NCBI GenBank assembly: GCA_045605825.1
Contig: JAZUQS010000060.1
Coordinates: forward strand, 302 to 64,301
Origin: Acutalibacteraceae bacterium
GTDB lineage: Bacteria > Bacillota > Clostridia > Oscillospirales > Acutalibacteraceae
Length of the DNA: 64,000 nt
Direction of reading: 5' to 3'
In this document: one piece after another, positions 1 through 10,444 of the stretch
Layout of the letters: each line of letters begins with the position of its first letter
Position numbering within the stretch: the stretch's first letter is position 1
The notes under the pieces: model-generated
Databases searched by the model: none
Told to the model about the DNA's origin: nothing
What the model saw: only the letters and a program-made list of their open reading frames with translations
Translations under genes and position numbers: made by a program

Positions 1-1633
1 TTAATTCCTGTTCAACGTCTGTAAGCTGAGTATAGCAAAAGCCTATCATTCTCGGATTATCAAGAAGAGCATCGGTAAGACCTGCGTAACGCTCGTAAAA
101 CTCCTCGTAGCTTGTAGCTGCATTGCCGTAGCCCCAGGCTTTTTTGTGGTCGTTTTCTGCAGGGTCCTTAAGCTCAATTCTTATTCCGCCGTATTCACTC
201 ATGAATACGGGCTCACCTTTCCAATGTTGTTTTTCGGGGAAGCGGTCATAAAGGGAATTTTCTTTAAAGAGCTTATCGTAGTTTTCTTTGAAAATGTGAT
301 AATCTTGCTCGTAATCGTGAATATCGAAAATATCTGTTTCAACGTGGAAGTTACCGCTTGTATCAATACACGGACGAGTTTTATCCATGGCCTTTACCGT
401 GCGGTAAACAACGCGAAGACTATCGTCATCCTGCTTTCTGCCGTCTATGTCCCAAGTTTCGTTGTAGGGACACCAACCGATAAGTGCAGGGTGGTTAAAG
501 TCGCGTTCAATTTCCTCTTCAATTTCTAAAAGGAAGTAACGGATTGAATCAAATTTCGACCAATCAAGACCCCAGTTGCCGTGCTCGCCCCAAACGATGT
601 AGCCTAATTCATCGCAATAATGGAGGAATAAGGGCTCAAAGACCTTCTGGTGAAGTCTTGCACCGTTAAAGCCTGCCTTCATTGAAAGGATAATATCGTT
701 TTTAAGAGCCTCTTTTGTGGGGGCAGTGTAAATTCCGTCGGGGTAGAAGCCTTGGTCAAGTATAAGTCTTTGGAAAACGGGTTCACCGTTAATTTCAACA
801 GCATTCTCTGTAAGCTTAACCTCTCTTAAACCGAAAAAGCTTGTTACAACGTCATCACCGAAGGTGAGAGTAAGCTCGTAAAGACCGCCTTTTCCAACCT
901 CCCAAAGATGCTTTTCGGCAAGGTCAAGAGTGATTGTTGCAGTTTGACCGTAAGTCTTAACTGCCTTTGAGCCAACCTCTTTACCGTCCCAGAATGCCTT
1001 TGCAGAAAAATCACCGTTACCGGAAAGGTCAGCGGTAATTGTAATTGTACCCTCTGCAATATTGGGGTAATATTTTACGTTTTTAATATAATTTTCGGGG
1101 CAAAATTCCATATAAACAGTCTGCCAGATGCCTGTTGTTCTTGTGTAATCGCAGCCGTGAGAATAGAAAAGCTCACTCTGCTTACCTCTTGCCTGATGAT
1201 AATCTCTCGTATCATCCTCAGCGTAAACAGTAATTACGTTTTCGCCCTCTTTTAAGAATTTAGTTGCATCTATACGGAAGGTTGTGTAGCCGCCGAAATG
1301 CTCACCTGCAAGCTCACCGTTTACGTAAACCTTTGAGTGAAAATCTACCGCACCGAAAACAATGAATGCCTTTCCTTTTAACTGCTCTTTTGATATTTCA
1401 ACAGTTCTTTTATACCATACGGCAGGAATAAAATCTTTATAATTTATGCCTGAAAGCTCACTTTCGGGGCAGAAGGGTACGTTGATTTTTTTGGAAAACT
1501 CAGAGTCTACAGCAAATAAATTTCTTTCTTCACCGCTGTTTCCAAAGTCAAATTCAAAATCCCATTCACCGTTAAGAATAATGTAATCTGCTCTTTTAAA
1601 ATTAGGATTAGGATGTTCATTTCTTGGTATCAT
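1..1633 (-). CDS. Glycoside hydrolase family 2 (beta-galactosidase/beta-glucuronidase-like), N-terminal ~544 aa; C-terminus runs off the window
   Basis: Absent from the supplied ORF track because it has no stop in the window. My translation from ATG 1633 (AAGGAG 7 nt upstream) stays open to nt 1: MIPRNEHPNPNFKRADYIILNGEWDFEFDF... It contains GH2-like motifs FNHPALIGWCPYNET and CYTQLTDVEQE. Confidence 0.75.
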   Translation of the reverse strand, partial: MIPRNEHPNPNFKRADYIILNGEWDFEFDFGNSGEERNLFAVDSEFSKKINVPFCPESELSGINYKDFIPAVWYKRTVEISKEQLKGKAFIVFGAVDFHSKVYVNGELAGEHFGGYTTFRIDATKFLKEGENVITVYAEDDTRDYHQARGKQSELFYSHGCDYTRTTGIWQTVYMEFCPENYIKNVKYYPNIAEGTITITADLSGNGDFSAKAFWDGKEVGSKAVKTYGQTATITLDLAEKHLWEVGKGGLYELTLTFGDDVVTSFFGLREVKLTENAVEINGEPVFQRLILDQGFYPDGIYTAPTKEALKNDIILSMKAGFNGARLHQKVFEPLFLHYCDELGYIVWGEHGNWGLDWSKFDSIRYFLLEIEEEIERDFNHPALIGWCPYNETWDIDGRKQDDDSLRVVYRTVKAMDKTRPCIDTSGNFHVETDIFDIHDYEQDYHIFKENYDKLFKENSLYDRFPEKQHWKGEPVFMSEYGGIRIELKDPAENDHKKAWGYGNAATSYEEFYERYAGLTDALLDNPRMIGFCYTQLTDVEQEL

Positions 1634-1684
1634 AATAAAGCTCCTTTATAACGGAAATTTTTGCTTTTGAGTTAAATTGACGGA

Positions 1685-3550
1685 TTATTGTCTTAAGTAT
1701 ATAAGCAATACCGCTATATCGGCAGGGGAAACACCGCTGATACGTGATGCCTGTCCGATAGTTTCGGGGCGAATTTTTTTAAGCTTTTCAATAGCCTCAA
1801 GACGAAGATTTAATATCTCGTCATAATTGATATCCTCGGGAATCTTTTTAACCTCAAGCCTTTTTTGTTCTTCAACCTGAGCTAACTGACGCTTGATATA
1901 GCCCTCGTATTTCAGATTGATTTCAACCTGCTCGAATACCTCTCTCGGTAAATCGGGTCTTTTTTTGTCAAAGGGAGTGAGAAGCTTGTATGAAAGCTGA
2001 GGTCTTTTAATAAGCTCTGAAAGCCTTGCACCCGTAACCGTTGGGGCAGTCCCTGCCTCTTCAAGAACCTTTGAAAGCTCTTGTGAAGGGGGAATTGTAA
2101 TTTTAGAAACTCTTACGGTTTCCTCTTCAATAAGACTTATTTTTTCTAAAAGCTTATCGTATCTTTCCTGGCTTATAAGACCTATTTTATAGCCCATTTC
2201 AGTAAGTCTTAAATCTGCATTATCTTCTCTTAAAATAAGTCTGTATTCGCTTCTCGAGGTCATCATTCTGTAGGGGTCACGGCACCCCTTTGTAACAAGG
2301 TCATCAATGAGAGTACCGATATATGATGTGCTTCTGTCAAGGGTGAAGGGCTCTTTATTTTGCACCTTATGAGCCGCATTTATACCTGCTATAAGACCTT
2401 GTGCAGCGGCTTCCTCATAGCCCGAAGAACCGTTAAACTGCCCCGCACCGAAAAGACCTGAATGCTCTGTAAATTCTAAAGTTGATTTAAGTGCAAGAGG
2501 GTCAACGCAATCATATTCAATAGCGTAAGCAGTACGCATAACCTTAACGTTTTCAAGACCCTTTATGCTTCTTAAAATTTTAAGCTGTACGTCCTCCGGA
2601 AGAGAAGATGAAAGGCCTTGTAAATATAATTCTTCTGTGTTAAGTCCGCAGGGCTCAATGAAAACCTGATGCCTTTCCTTCTCTGAAAATCGAACGATTT
2701 TATCTTCAATGCTTGGGCAGTAACGAGGACCTACACCCTCAATTTTATTTGAATAAAGGGGTGAACGGTGAAGATTATCAAGAATAACCTGCTTCGTTTC
2801 GGGGTTTGTATAAGTAATATGGCAAATAGCCTTGTTTTTTAAAGTGTCGTAAGGTGTTTCGAAAGAAAAGGGTGTAATTCCTTCGTCACCAATCTGCTCC
2901 TCAAGGCCCTCAAAATTCACGCTGTTTCTGTTAACTCTCGGAGGAGTACCTGTTTTAAATCTGCGAAGAGGAATTCGAAGCTTTGCAAGAGAATCCGAAA
3001 GGTCGTTAGAGGGAAACATACCGTCGGGACCGCTTTCATAGGAAACGTCACCAACGAAAACCTTACCTTTTAAGAAGGTACCCGTAGCAATAATTACGCA
3101 TTTAGCGGTATATTCTGCTTCAAGGCGTGTAGAGAAAACCCATAAACCGTCTTCGTTTTTATGTAACGAAACAATTTCGCCCTGCTTTAAATCAAGATTT
3201 TCTTGATTCTCAAGGCAATGCTTCATATATTGAGTGTATTCCTTACGATCAATTTGTGCTCTTAAAGAATGAACGGCAGGACCTTTACCTAAATTAAGAA
3301 TTCTGCTTTGAATAAGTGTTTTATCTGCCGCTTTTCCCATCTCACCGCCTAAAGCATCAATTTCTCTTACGAGATGTCCTTTAGAAGTACCGCCGATAGA
3401 GGGGTTACAAGCCATATTGCCAACCCAGTCAAGATTTACCGTAAATATAACTGTTTTAGCACCTAATCTTGCGGAGGCGAGAGCCGCTTCAATACCTGCG
3501 TGCCCTGCACCGATAACCGCAACGTCGTAATTGTCTGCAAAATATTTCAT
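1685..3550 (-). CDS. mnmG: tRNA uridine 5-carboxymethylaminomethyl modification enzyme MnmG (GidA)
   Basis: 621-aa ORF. FAD-binding N-terminus [23 protein letters not shown], and C-terminal [14 protein letters not shown] are typical of the MnmG/GidA family at full length. Confidence 0.95.
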   Translation of the reverse strand: MKYFADNYDVAVIGAGHAGIEAALASARLGAKTVIFTVNLDWVGNMACNPSIGGTSKGHLVREIDALGGEMGKAADKTLIQSRILNLGKGPAVHSLRAQIDRKEYTQYMKHCLENQENLDLKQGEIVSLHKNEDGLWVFSTRLEAEYTAKCVIIATGTFLKGKVFVGDVSYESGPDGMFPSNDLSDSLAKLRIPLRRFKTGTPPRVNRNSVNFEGLEEQIGDEGITPFSFETPYDTLKNKAICHITYTNPETKQVILDNLHRSPLYSNKIEGVGPRYCPSIEDKIVRFSEKERHQVFIEPCGLNTEELYLQGLSSSLPEDVQLKILRSIKGLENVKVMRTAYAIEYDCVDPLALKSTLEFTEHSGLFGAGQFNGSSGYEEAAAQGLIAGINAAHKVQNKEPFTLDRSTSYIGTLIDDLVTKGCRDPYRMMTSRSEYRLILREDNADLRLTEMGYKIGLISQERYDKLLEKISLIEEETVRVSKITIPPSQELSKVLEEAGTAPTVTGARLSELIKRPQLSYKLLTPFDKKRPDLPREVFEQVEINLKYEGYIKRQLAQVEEQKRLEVKKIPEDINYDEILNLRLEAIEKLKKIRPETIGQASRISGVSPADIAVLLIYLRQ

Positions 3551-3577
3551 ATAAATTCCTCGAGTTTTGTTGTCGGA

Positions 3578-4117
3578 TTATTTAATAAATTTAACGTGAC
3601 CGTCTTCTCTGTCCTTAAAAGGCGGTTTTTCGTTCGGATAGCCTAAGGTAAGACCTAAAAGGAAATGCCAGCTTTCAGGTACGTCTAAAATTTTCTTCCA
3701 TTTTTTTGCACCGTTTTCATCGTCAAAAAGACCGCCGATAGAGCCTATCATACAAGAACCAAGCCCTAAAGCGTGGGCGGAGAGTGCAATATTTTCCGCC
3801 ATAAGCCCTGCCGCCATGTCAGCCTTACTTTCGGCAAAAATGAAAATAAACGTAGGTGCATTATGATAAACGGGGCGAATATCCCAGCCTGTGTAAGCGG
3901 GGGTATCCCAACCAACGATGTTTTTGAAATCCGTGTTCATTTCGTCAAGCAAATCTTTATTCTGAAGCACTCTGAGGTGACAAGGCTGAGTGTTTCTTCC
4001 GCTTGGTGCTCTTATTGCCGCATCAAGAATAACTCCTAAAAGCTCATCGGGGACTTGCTTCTCGGTGTATTCGCGAATTGTCTGACGTGACATAATATTT
4101 TTAATAGCTTCGTTCAT
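3578..4117 (-). CDS. Nitroreductase family protein
   Basis: ORF 3578-4135. Start moved to ATG 4117 (AAGGTG 7 nt upstream), which abuts the stop of the upstream gene at 4119. Nitroreductase-fold motifs RQTIREYT and RAPSGRNTQP are present. Confidence 0.8.
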   Translation of the reverse strand: MNEAIKNIMSRQTIREYTEKQVPDELLGVILDAAIRAPSGRNTQPCHLRVLQNKDLLDEMNTDFKNIVGWDTPAYTGWDIRPVYHNAPTFIFIFAESKADMAAGLMAENIALSAHALGLGSCMIGSIGGLFDDENGAKKWKKILDVPESWHFLLGLTLGYPNEKPPFKDREDGHVKFIK

Positions 4118-4118
4118 T

Positions 4119-5108
4119 TTATGCACCTTTTTCATTCATAATAAGGTTGTAATACCCCTTTGCAACGTCGTTTGTAACCTTAATGTTTGTAGCAAGAGAA
4201 TTTTCGATTTTCTCATCAATTTCATCACCAACAATGATTTCTATCATCTCAGGCTTTTTCTCTTTAAAATATTCGCTGTTCGTATCTGCATCACCTCGTA
4301 AAACGAGGAAAATGTAATCATTGGTGCCGATAACCGTTGCAAGACGGGCTTCAGTTGCCTGCACCTTTTGGAAAAAGCCTGCAGGATAGCTTGTATCATC
4401 CTTGTGAAGAATAACTGTCTGTGCGGAGCTTTGATAGCCTGTAGAAGCGAGGAAATCTGCCGCTTCTTCCATAGTCTGCTCGCCTGCGTTTACCATAGTA
4501 GCCATATTCTGAAATTTCAAAATAAGGGCCTCGCTGTCGTTTTCGTTTATTCTTACGGTTTTACCGTTTGAATCGGTTGTTGTAAAATACCCTGTAATTG
4601 ATTGGAAAACAATGTAATTCGTTTTGAACTGTGCGTAAAGACGGGTTAATGGGATTTCCTCTTCACCGCCCGTGCCGTAATAGTGAAGAAGTAAAGCACT
4701 TCTGAAGCTGTCGGCAGTAAAAACTTTTGTAAGAGTTTCCTTTGAAACGCCTATTTTAGTGTAGTAGCTACCGAAAATATTCCAATATGCATTTACCTTT
4801 TCGGAAACCTTTGCTTTTTCAGCGGTTGTAAGAGTTATACCTGCCATATTAGCAAGGGTGTTTGTTTTAAAATAGGTTGAAGCATAGGTTTTTGCTTTTT
4901 CTCTTAAAGCATCAAAGGAAGCATCCTTTCCCATTTCTACGGTTGCCAAATCTAAAAAATAAGTAAAAACGTCATTGCTTATTTCTACGTTGTTTATTGT
5001 CATTGCAGGCTTTTCGCTAACGATAGAGCAACCCGAAAAAAGCATAACCGATGCAAGACAGCTGATTGTTAATATTAAAGCTATAAAGCGTTTGAAAATT
5101 GTTTTCAT
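4119..5108 (-). CDS. Putative lipoprotein of unknown function
   Basis: 329-aa ORF with a signal peptide and lipobox (MLFSG/C). No catalytic motif recognised. Same strand and tightly packed with the nitroreductase and mnmG genes. Confidence 0.6.
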   Translation of the reverse strand: MKTIFKRFIALILTISCLASVMLFSGCSIVSEKPAMTINNVEISNDVFTYFLDLATVEMGKDASFDALREKAKTYASTYFKTNTLANMAGITLTTAEKAKVSEKVNAYWNIFGSYYTKIGVSKETLTKVFTADSFRSALLLHYYGTGGEEEIPLTRLYAQFKTNYIVFQSITGYFTTTDSNGKTVRINENDSEALILKFQNMATMVNAGEQTMEEAADFLASTGYQSSAQTVILHKDDTSYPAGFFQKVQATEARLATVIGTNDYIFLVLRGDADTNSEYFKEKKPEMIEIIVGDEIDEKIENSLATNIKVTNDVAKGYYNLIMNEKGA

Positions 5109-5271
5109 AATCCACTTCCAAAGTAATAAAATAGATATTTTTATACATAAATATACATAATACAGTATAGCAGACCAAAGCCTTTAAAACAAGTATAATC
5201 AGTAAACAAATTTCAAATAATATAATGCAAAACAACTTTATAATCCGCTTTTACATAAGGGAGGTGCGTTT

Positions 5272-5439
5272 ATGAATAATGTTAACGGCAAGAAACAGCG
5301 TAAAACGGTTAAAATCAACGGAGTTAAAATTGTAAATGCAGAAAATTCTAAAAAGCAACAGGAAAAACCCAAAAGAGATGCTACCGCAGGTACAAAGGAT
5401 TTAATCTGGATAACCGATAAAGACAATCTTGAATTGTAA
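5272..5439 (+). CDS. Small basic hypothetical protein (55 aa)
   Basis: Below the ORF-track size cutoff. ATG 5272 is preceded by GGGAGG at 7-nt spacing. Translation: MNNVNGKKQRKTVKINGVKIVNAENSKKQQEKPKRDATAGTKDLIWITDKDNLEL. It is followed by the hairpin at 5457-5485. The antisense track ORF 5238-5426 has no RBS. Confidence 0.5.
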   Translation: MNNVNGKKQRKTVKINGVKIVNAENSKKQQEKPKRDATAGTKDLIWITDKDNLEL

Positions 5440-5456
5440 TTACTAATTACAGAAAA

Positions 5457-5495
5457 ACACCGTTGCGAAAAAATCGTAACGGTGTTGGTGTTTTA
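5457..5495. terminator. Bidirectional rho-independent terminator
   Basis: Stem ACACCGTTGCGA / TCGTAACGGTGT (one G-U pair) with an A5 loop. A-run before and T-rich run after. It sits between convergent genes ending at 5439 (+) and 5509 (-). Confidence 0.7.
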
Positions 5496-5508
5496 TGATT
5501 TAATTCTA

Positions 5509-6948
5509 CTATGCTTCAATTTCTTGGTTTGCCTTACGCACGTATTCGTAAACGGGCTCAAGCCTTTCTTTTGTAAGCGGGAAGAAGAATTTGTAAAGTA
5601 TAAATACGAGTGTGTACGTAATTGCGGGGATAAGAGTGCAAACTGTTAAAATACCCTCGCTGATACCGGGAACGAAGCCTGCGTTAGCCATAGTTTCAGC
5701 CTCGTAACCGATTTTGCCTAAAAGCACAAGTCCGCCGTAGTCAGCGGCAGTCTGACCAAGCTTTCTGCAGAAGGTATAAACTGCGTAAACGGCACTTTCG
5801 TTTTTGATGCCCGTTTTATAAAGCTGATAGTCGATAACGTCTGCAACAATAGCCCAGTTTGTAATAGAAACGAAGGAGTAGCCAAAGCCGATAACAAACT
5901 GCATAACAAGGAAAAGCCATGCTTGGTCGGGAGCGGGCTTAATAAAGAAGGTAAGAATAGCCGCAGCCGCCGCAAAGAAGGAGGTGAAAGCACAAATCTC
6001 TTGCTTACCGTATTTTTTGATGATTTTCGCAGAGAAGGGAAGCATTAAAACTAAAGGAGCGTATTGTGCGATAGTGCCTATAACGGAAAGAGAGGTGTTG
6101 CAGAAATAGTTTTTATAGAGATATTGGTTAAGTGACCCGAACTGAAGCTGACCGCTTATAAGAATGCCTGTAAGAGCAAGAACAACGAAGGGCTTACTCT
6201 TAATCATACCGCCGTAGATTTTTTTCATATCCACGTTAGGCTCTGCTTCTGAGGGGACACGTTCTTTCGTTGTAAAGTAGCAAGCGTAGTAGAAAATTAC
6301 TGAAAGCACGCCCATTACTATTGCGAAGCTGAGCATACCCTGAGCATCAGCTACGTTATATGTACCGCCTTTGCCGTCGTCAACCTTACTGTAAATAAGA
6401 AGGGGAGCAAGAAGTGCGGGTGCCGCACCGCCAACACCGCTACCGATTGTACGGAAGGTTGAGAGCAACGTTCTGCCGTCGGGGTCGTCGGTGATAACCG
6501 ATGCCAACGAGCCAAAGGGTACGTTCATACCCGTATAAAGCATACCGAAGGCAATATACGTAACGTAAGCAAATACAAGAATATTTGCTTCACTTAAGGA
6601 AAGAGAAACGTCAATAAAGCAAAGAACCTGTGAAAGTGCAAGGGGGATAGCAAGCCATTTCAGATATGGGCGGTATTTGCCGTCTTTATTAGGTCTTTTC
6701 TTTGCAACTATTGTACCCCACATAGGGTCGTTTATTGCATCCCACAAACGAGTGAACAAGAAAAGGTTTGCAACCTTGCTTGTGGGTATTCTTAAAATAT
6801 CTGTGTAGAAAACCTTGAGGTATGATGAAACGTAGGTGAGAACGAAAAGGTTGCCACCGTCGCCTAACATATAACCGATGCCTTCACGCACGCCGATTTT
6901 GTTAGGATGCTCGTTTGTTGTAGTGATTTCGGATTTTTCTTTTGCCAT
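5509..6948 (-). CDS. Glycoside-pentoside-hexuronide (GPH) family sugar:cation symporter
   Basis: Polytopic MFS-like ORF with MelB/XylP-type N-terminus (GIGYMLGDGGNLF, DAINDPMWG). Start set to ATG 6948 because AAGGAG lies 8 nt upstream. Confidence 0.8.
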   Translation of the reverse strand: MAKEKSEITTTNEHPNKIGVREGIGYMLGDGGNLFVLTYVSSYLKVFYTDILRIPTSKVANLFLFTRLWDAINDPMWGTIVAKKRPNKDGKYRPYLKWLAIPLALSQVLCFIDVSLSLSEANILVFAYVTYIAFGMLYTGMNVPFGSLASVITDDPDGRTLLSTFRTIGSGVGGAAPALLAPLLIYSKVDDGKGGTYNVADAQGMLSFAIVMGVLSVIFYYACYFTTKERVPSEAEPNVDMKKIYGGMIKSKPFVVLALTGILISGQLQFGSLNQYLYKNYFCNTSLSVIGTIAQYAPLVLMLPFSAKIIKKYGKQEICAFTSFFAAAAAILTFFIKPAPDQAWLFLVMQFVIGFGYSFVSITNWAIVADVIDYQLYKTGIKNESAVYAVYTFCRKLGQTAADYGGLVLLGKIGYEAETMANAGFVPGISEGILTVCTLIPAITYTLVFILYKFFFPLTKERLEPVYEYVRKANQEIEA

Positions 6949-6987
6949 ATTTACCACTCCTTACTTTGATTTCGAAGAAATTAATTC

Positions 6988-8193
6988 TTAATCTAAAGCC
7001 TCGTAGTTAGCGGCAAGACCGCCTTCGCTTGTTTCACGGTATTTATGCTTTAAGTCTTTGCCTGTTTCGTACATAGTGTGAACAACGGTGTCAAATTTAA
7101 CCTTTCTTGTAGAGGTTAAAAAGTTTGCAAGTGAAAGTGCGTTGATAGCTCTCATAGCCGCCACTGCATTTCTTTCAATACAAGGAATCTGAACAAGACC
7201 GCAAACGGGGTCGCAGGTAAGACCTAAATAATGCTCCATTGCATTTTCAGCGGCGTACTCAATCTGGTCTAAATCCATAAAGTGAAGCTCTGCAAGTGCT
7301 GCCGCCGCCATTGAGCAGGCGGTACCGATTTCTGCCTGACAGCCTGCTTCAGCACCGCTGATAGATGCATTTTGCTTTACGATATTACCTACAATACCTG
7401 CCGCCGCAAGAGCCTTTGCAATTTCAAAATCAGTAAAGCCTTTTTTTTCTTGCATATAAAAGAGGACTGCAGGAAGAACGCCTGAAGCACCGCAGGTAGG
7501 TGCGGTGGTGATTGTGCCGCCGCCTGCGTTTTGCTCGCTTGCGGCATATGCGTAAGCACAAACAAGTCTGTTTTCTCTTGTTTCGGGAGTTTCGTCCATA
7601 TGGCGTTGAGCATAAAGATATTTTGCTTTTCTTTCAACCTCAAGTCCACCGGGTAAAATACCCTCAACGTTAAGACCCTCTCTTACGGTCATTTTCATTT
7701 GCTCCCATACGGTTTTGAGGAAAAGCATAATGCCTTCGCCCTCGTAGGAAGCAACATAGTCGCTAAGCCTTAAATGATGCATAAGGCAGTAGTCTTTAAC
7801 CTCTTCAAAGTTTTTCTGCGGGTAAACCTCGGGGGCGGTAACTGCAGGCACGCCCTCAATTCTTATTTCGCCACCGCCGATGCTCATCGCACGAACCTTT
7901 TTAAGCTCGTTTTCGCTTTTATCGCAAATAATGAAATCAAGGGTGTTGGGGTGCGGTAAATCCTTTGTGGTTGTGTCAAGAATAAGACGGTGAGGTGCTT
8001 TGATGGTACTGTTCAGCACCTTGTCCGTGCCGTGACCCTCACCCGTAAGAGCAAGCGAGCCGTAAAGGATAACCTTTATAAATTCAGCATCGGGATAATT
8101 ATTATTAATATACTCTGCCGCATATTGAGGACCCATTGTGTGAGAGCTTGAGGGGCCTTTTCCGATTTTGTAAAGCATTCTTAAAGATTGCAT
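6988..8193 (-). CDS. sdaA: L-serine ammonia-lyase (iron-sulfur dependent L-serine dehydratase), single-chain type
   Basis: N-terminal KIGKGPSSSHTMGP motif and C-terminal SGAEAGCQAEIGTA region are characteristic of Fe-S serine dehydratases. 401 aa. Confidence 0.8.
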   Translation of the reverse strand: MQSLRMLYKIGKGPSSSHTMGPQYAAEYINNNYPDAEFIKVILYGSLALTGEGHGTDKVLNSTIKAPHRLILDTTTKDLPHPNTLDFIICDKSENELKKVRAMSIGGGEIRIEGVPAVTAPEVYPQKNFEEVKDYCLMHHLRLSDYVASYEGEGIMLFLKTVWEQMKMTVREGLNVEGILPGGLEVERKAKYLYAQRHMDETPETRENRLVCAYAYAASEQNAGGGTITTAPTCGASGVLPAVLFYMQEKKGFTDFEIAKALAAAGIVGNIVKQNASISGAEAGCQAEIGTACSMAAAALAELHFMDLDQIEYAAENAMEHYLGLTCDPVCGLVQIPCIERNAVAAMRAINALSLANFLTSTRKVKFDTVVHTMYETGKDLKHKYRETSEGGLAANYEALD

Positions 8194-9215
8194 ATTGTTC
8201 CACCGCCTAATAAAATATCGTCTTTATAAAACACTGCCGTTTGCCCTGGAGCTGCGGCACGTTGAGGATTTTCGAATTCGATAATTGCTTTGTCACCGTC
8301 TATCGACACAAGTGCATCAGCCGGTCTTGCGGCACAACGGATTTTAACCTGACATTTAAAGGGGCTTTCGGGAGCATTTCCCGAAGTAAAGCTTAAATCA
8401 TTTGCAATAATTTTACTTTTAAAAAGCATATCGTTATCGCCGATTGTAACTGTGTTGCTTTCAGGGTTTATAGAAAGCACGTACATAGGCTTGCCGAATG
8501 CACCTAAGCCTTTTCTTTGACCTATAGTGTATTTATAAATTCCCGAATGAGTGCCTAGCTTTTCGCCCTCCGGTGAAATGAAATCACCCGTGTTTTCAGG
8601 AGGGTTAAACTCTCTGTCAATAAAAGAAATGTAGTCGTTGTCGGGGATAAAGCAAACCTCTTGACTATCCTTCTTTTCTGCAACAGGGATATTGTGTGAA
8701 AGTGCTAATGCACGAATATCATCCTTCGGCATATCGGCAATAGGGAAAATAACTTTTGAAAGAATATCCTGATTAAGACGGCAAAGAAAGTAGCTTTGGT
8801 CTTTAGACGACGGATTTCTTTTTATTGCGTAAACTCCGTTTTCATCTTTTATTATTTTTGCATAATGACCCGTAGCTAATAAATCACCGCCTTGAGTCTT
8901 AACGTAATCAAGAAGCAAGCCTAATTTAATAGTAGGGTTACAGAAAACACAAGGGTTAGGCGTTCTGCCTTCAAGGTATTCTCTACAAAAGTAATCGGTG
9001 ATTTTTTTAAATTCCTCTCTCATATCAAGGACGTCAAGAGAAATACCGAGTGTATCGGCTACCGCCTTTGCATCTTCAATATCCTTGTCAGCAAGATTAT
9101 CAGGTTTAAGGCGTAAGGTAACACCGCGGACTGTGAATCCACGTTCCTTTAAAAGTATTGCCGCTGCAGCGGAATCAACCCCGCCGCTTAAGGCTACATA
9201 AACTGTTTTACCCAT
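8181..9215 (-). CDS. mnmA: tRNA-specific 2-thiouridylase MnmA
   Basis: 344 aa. PP-loop ALSGGVDSAAAA. Conserved NPCVFCN and QSYFL motifs of the MnmA/TrmU family. Confidence 0.93.
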   Translation of the reverse strand: MGKTVYVALSGGVDSAAAAILLKERGFTVRGVTLRLKPDNLADKDIEDAKAVADTLGISLDVLDMREEFKKITDYFCREYLEGRTPNPCVFCNPTIKLGLLLDYVKTQGGDLLATGHYAKIIKDENGVYAIKRNPSSKDQSYFLCRLNQDILSKVIFPIADMPKDDIRALALSHNIPVAEKKDSQEVCFIPDNDYISFIDREFNPPENTGDFISPEGEKLGTHSGIYKYTIGQRKGLGAFGKPMYVLSINPESNTVTIGDNDMLFKSKIIANDLSFTSGNAPESPFKCQVKIRCAARPADALVSIDGDKAIIEFENPQRAAAPGQTAVFYKDDILLGGGTICNL

Positions 9216-9515
9216 AACTCACCGTACAAAATTAATCTATTCTAAATAATATCATACAAGCCCTGAAAAAGCAAATATTACAAACAATAATTTTTAGTTT
9301 TTTATAAGAAAAAAGATGGATTAAATGTAAAATTTTCACTTGATTTTTTGTACAAAATAGAGTAAAATAACACCATAAACTATATTCGGGGTATTTCTGC
9401 ATTTTTTAATATGTGATATTTTTAACAAAATTTACGGTTGAAAATGATTCCCGAAAAGGTTTGGGGTAAAATATGGTATCAGCCCTGAAAGCAGGGTGAA
9501 GAAAGGAAGATTATT

Positions 9516-10382
9516 TTGTCAGCGGATTTACATTGCCATACCAGATTATCTAACGGCTCATTAGGTATCGAGGATTTGATTTTACTTGCAAAAAAACGCG
9601 GAGTTACAACAATTGCAATTACTGACCACGACTGCCTCGCCGGTACGGTAAGAGGAAAGGTAATTGGAGAAAGACACGGAGTTACTGTTATTCCTGCGGT
9701 AGAGCTTTCAGGAACAGATAAAACAAACGGTCAGGAAATACATATGCTTTGCTATAAGCCTGACTTTCCGGACAGGCTTGAAGGTCTTTGCCGTCGTAGT
9801 TCGCTTATAAGAAGAAAATCTTCTCATAATATGATGCTCAAAACAGCTCAAAGATATCCCATTACAACAGAATTTGTTGTGAAATGTGCTTCGGGCTCAA
9901 CTAATATTTTTAAGGTTCACATTATGCAGGCTCTTATTGAAAACGGCTTTGCTGACAGAATTTACGGCGACCTTTATAAACAGCTTTTCTCTTCAGACGT
10001 TGAGGGTAATATAAACAATGTTCCTGATTACGACGATATTTTTGATATTCTTTCGGCTATTCACGATGCAGGAGGTATTGCAGTTCTTGCGAACCCTCAA
10101 AAATGCAAAAACCAGAAGCTTGTTGACGAGCTTGTTGCCGCAGGTCTTGACGGTATTGAGGTTTACTCTCCCGACCTTACTGCAGAAGAGAAAGCGTATT
10201 TTGTAAAATACGCTAAAAAGAATAAGATTCTTACAACAGGCGGTTCAAACTTCAAGGGCCTTTACAATAAAACAGTTCTTTCTGTCGGTGATTGTGATTT
10301 GCCCGACGAATGTGTTCAAGAACTTAATTCTTATAAGGCTCGTAAGAGAAAACAAGAAAAGAAAGCTGCAGCTGCTAAATAA
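9516..10382 (+). CDS. PHP-domain metal-dependent phosphoesterase (TrpH/YciV-like)
   Basis: TTG start with GAAAGGAAG upstream. PHP His/Asp motifs DLHCHT and ITDHD. 288 aa with a Lys/Ala-rich tail. Confidence 0.7.
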   Translation: MSADLHCHTRLSNGSLGIEDLILLAKKRGVTTIAITDHDCLAGTVRGKVIGERHGVTVIPAVELSGTDKTNGQEIHMLCYKPDFPDRLEGLCRRSSLIRRKSSHNMMLKTAQRYPITTEFVVKCASGSTNIFKVHIMQALIENGFADRIYGDLYKQLFSSDVEGNINNVPDYDDIFDILSAIHDAGGIAVLANPQKCKNQKLVDELVAAGLDGIEVYSPDLTAEEKAYFVKYAKKNKILTTGGSNFKGLYNKTVLSVGDCDLPDECVQELNSYKARKRKQEKKAAAAK

Positions 10383-10401
10383 AATTTAAAAACCGAAAAT
10401 T

Positions 10402-10435
10402 AACACCCGTCATTCGATTTCGAATGACGGGTGTT
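10402..10435. terminator. Bidirectional terminator-like hairpin
   Basis: 15-bp perfect stem AACACCCGTCATTCG / CGAATGACGGGTGTT between convergent genes ending at 10382 (+) and 10445 (-). The U-tract is weak on the + side and better on the - side. Confidence 0.6.
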
Positions 10436-10444
10436 ATGTGGTTA

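Noticed and set aside
5238-5426. The 62-aa minus-strand track ORF
   Set aside because: It has no RBS and gives a hydrophobic low-complexity product. The opposite strand carries a better-supported small ORF with an RBS and a terminator.
9216-9515. A possible riboswitch or leader in the 300-nt AT-rich gap upstream of the PHP gene
   Set aside because: I found only a short CCCTG-AAAG-CAGGG hairpin and a plausible promoter (TTGATT-17-TAAAAT near 9350). Nothing resembles a riboswitch class I know.
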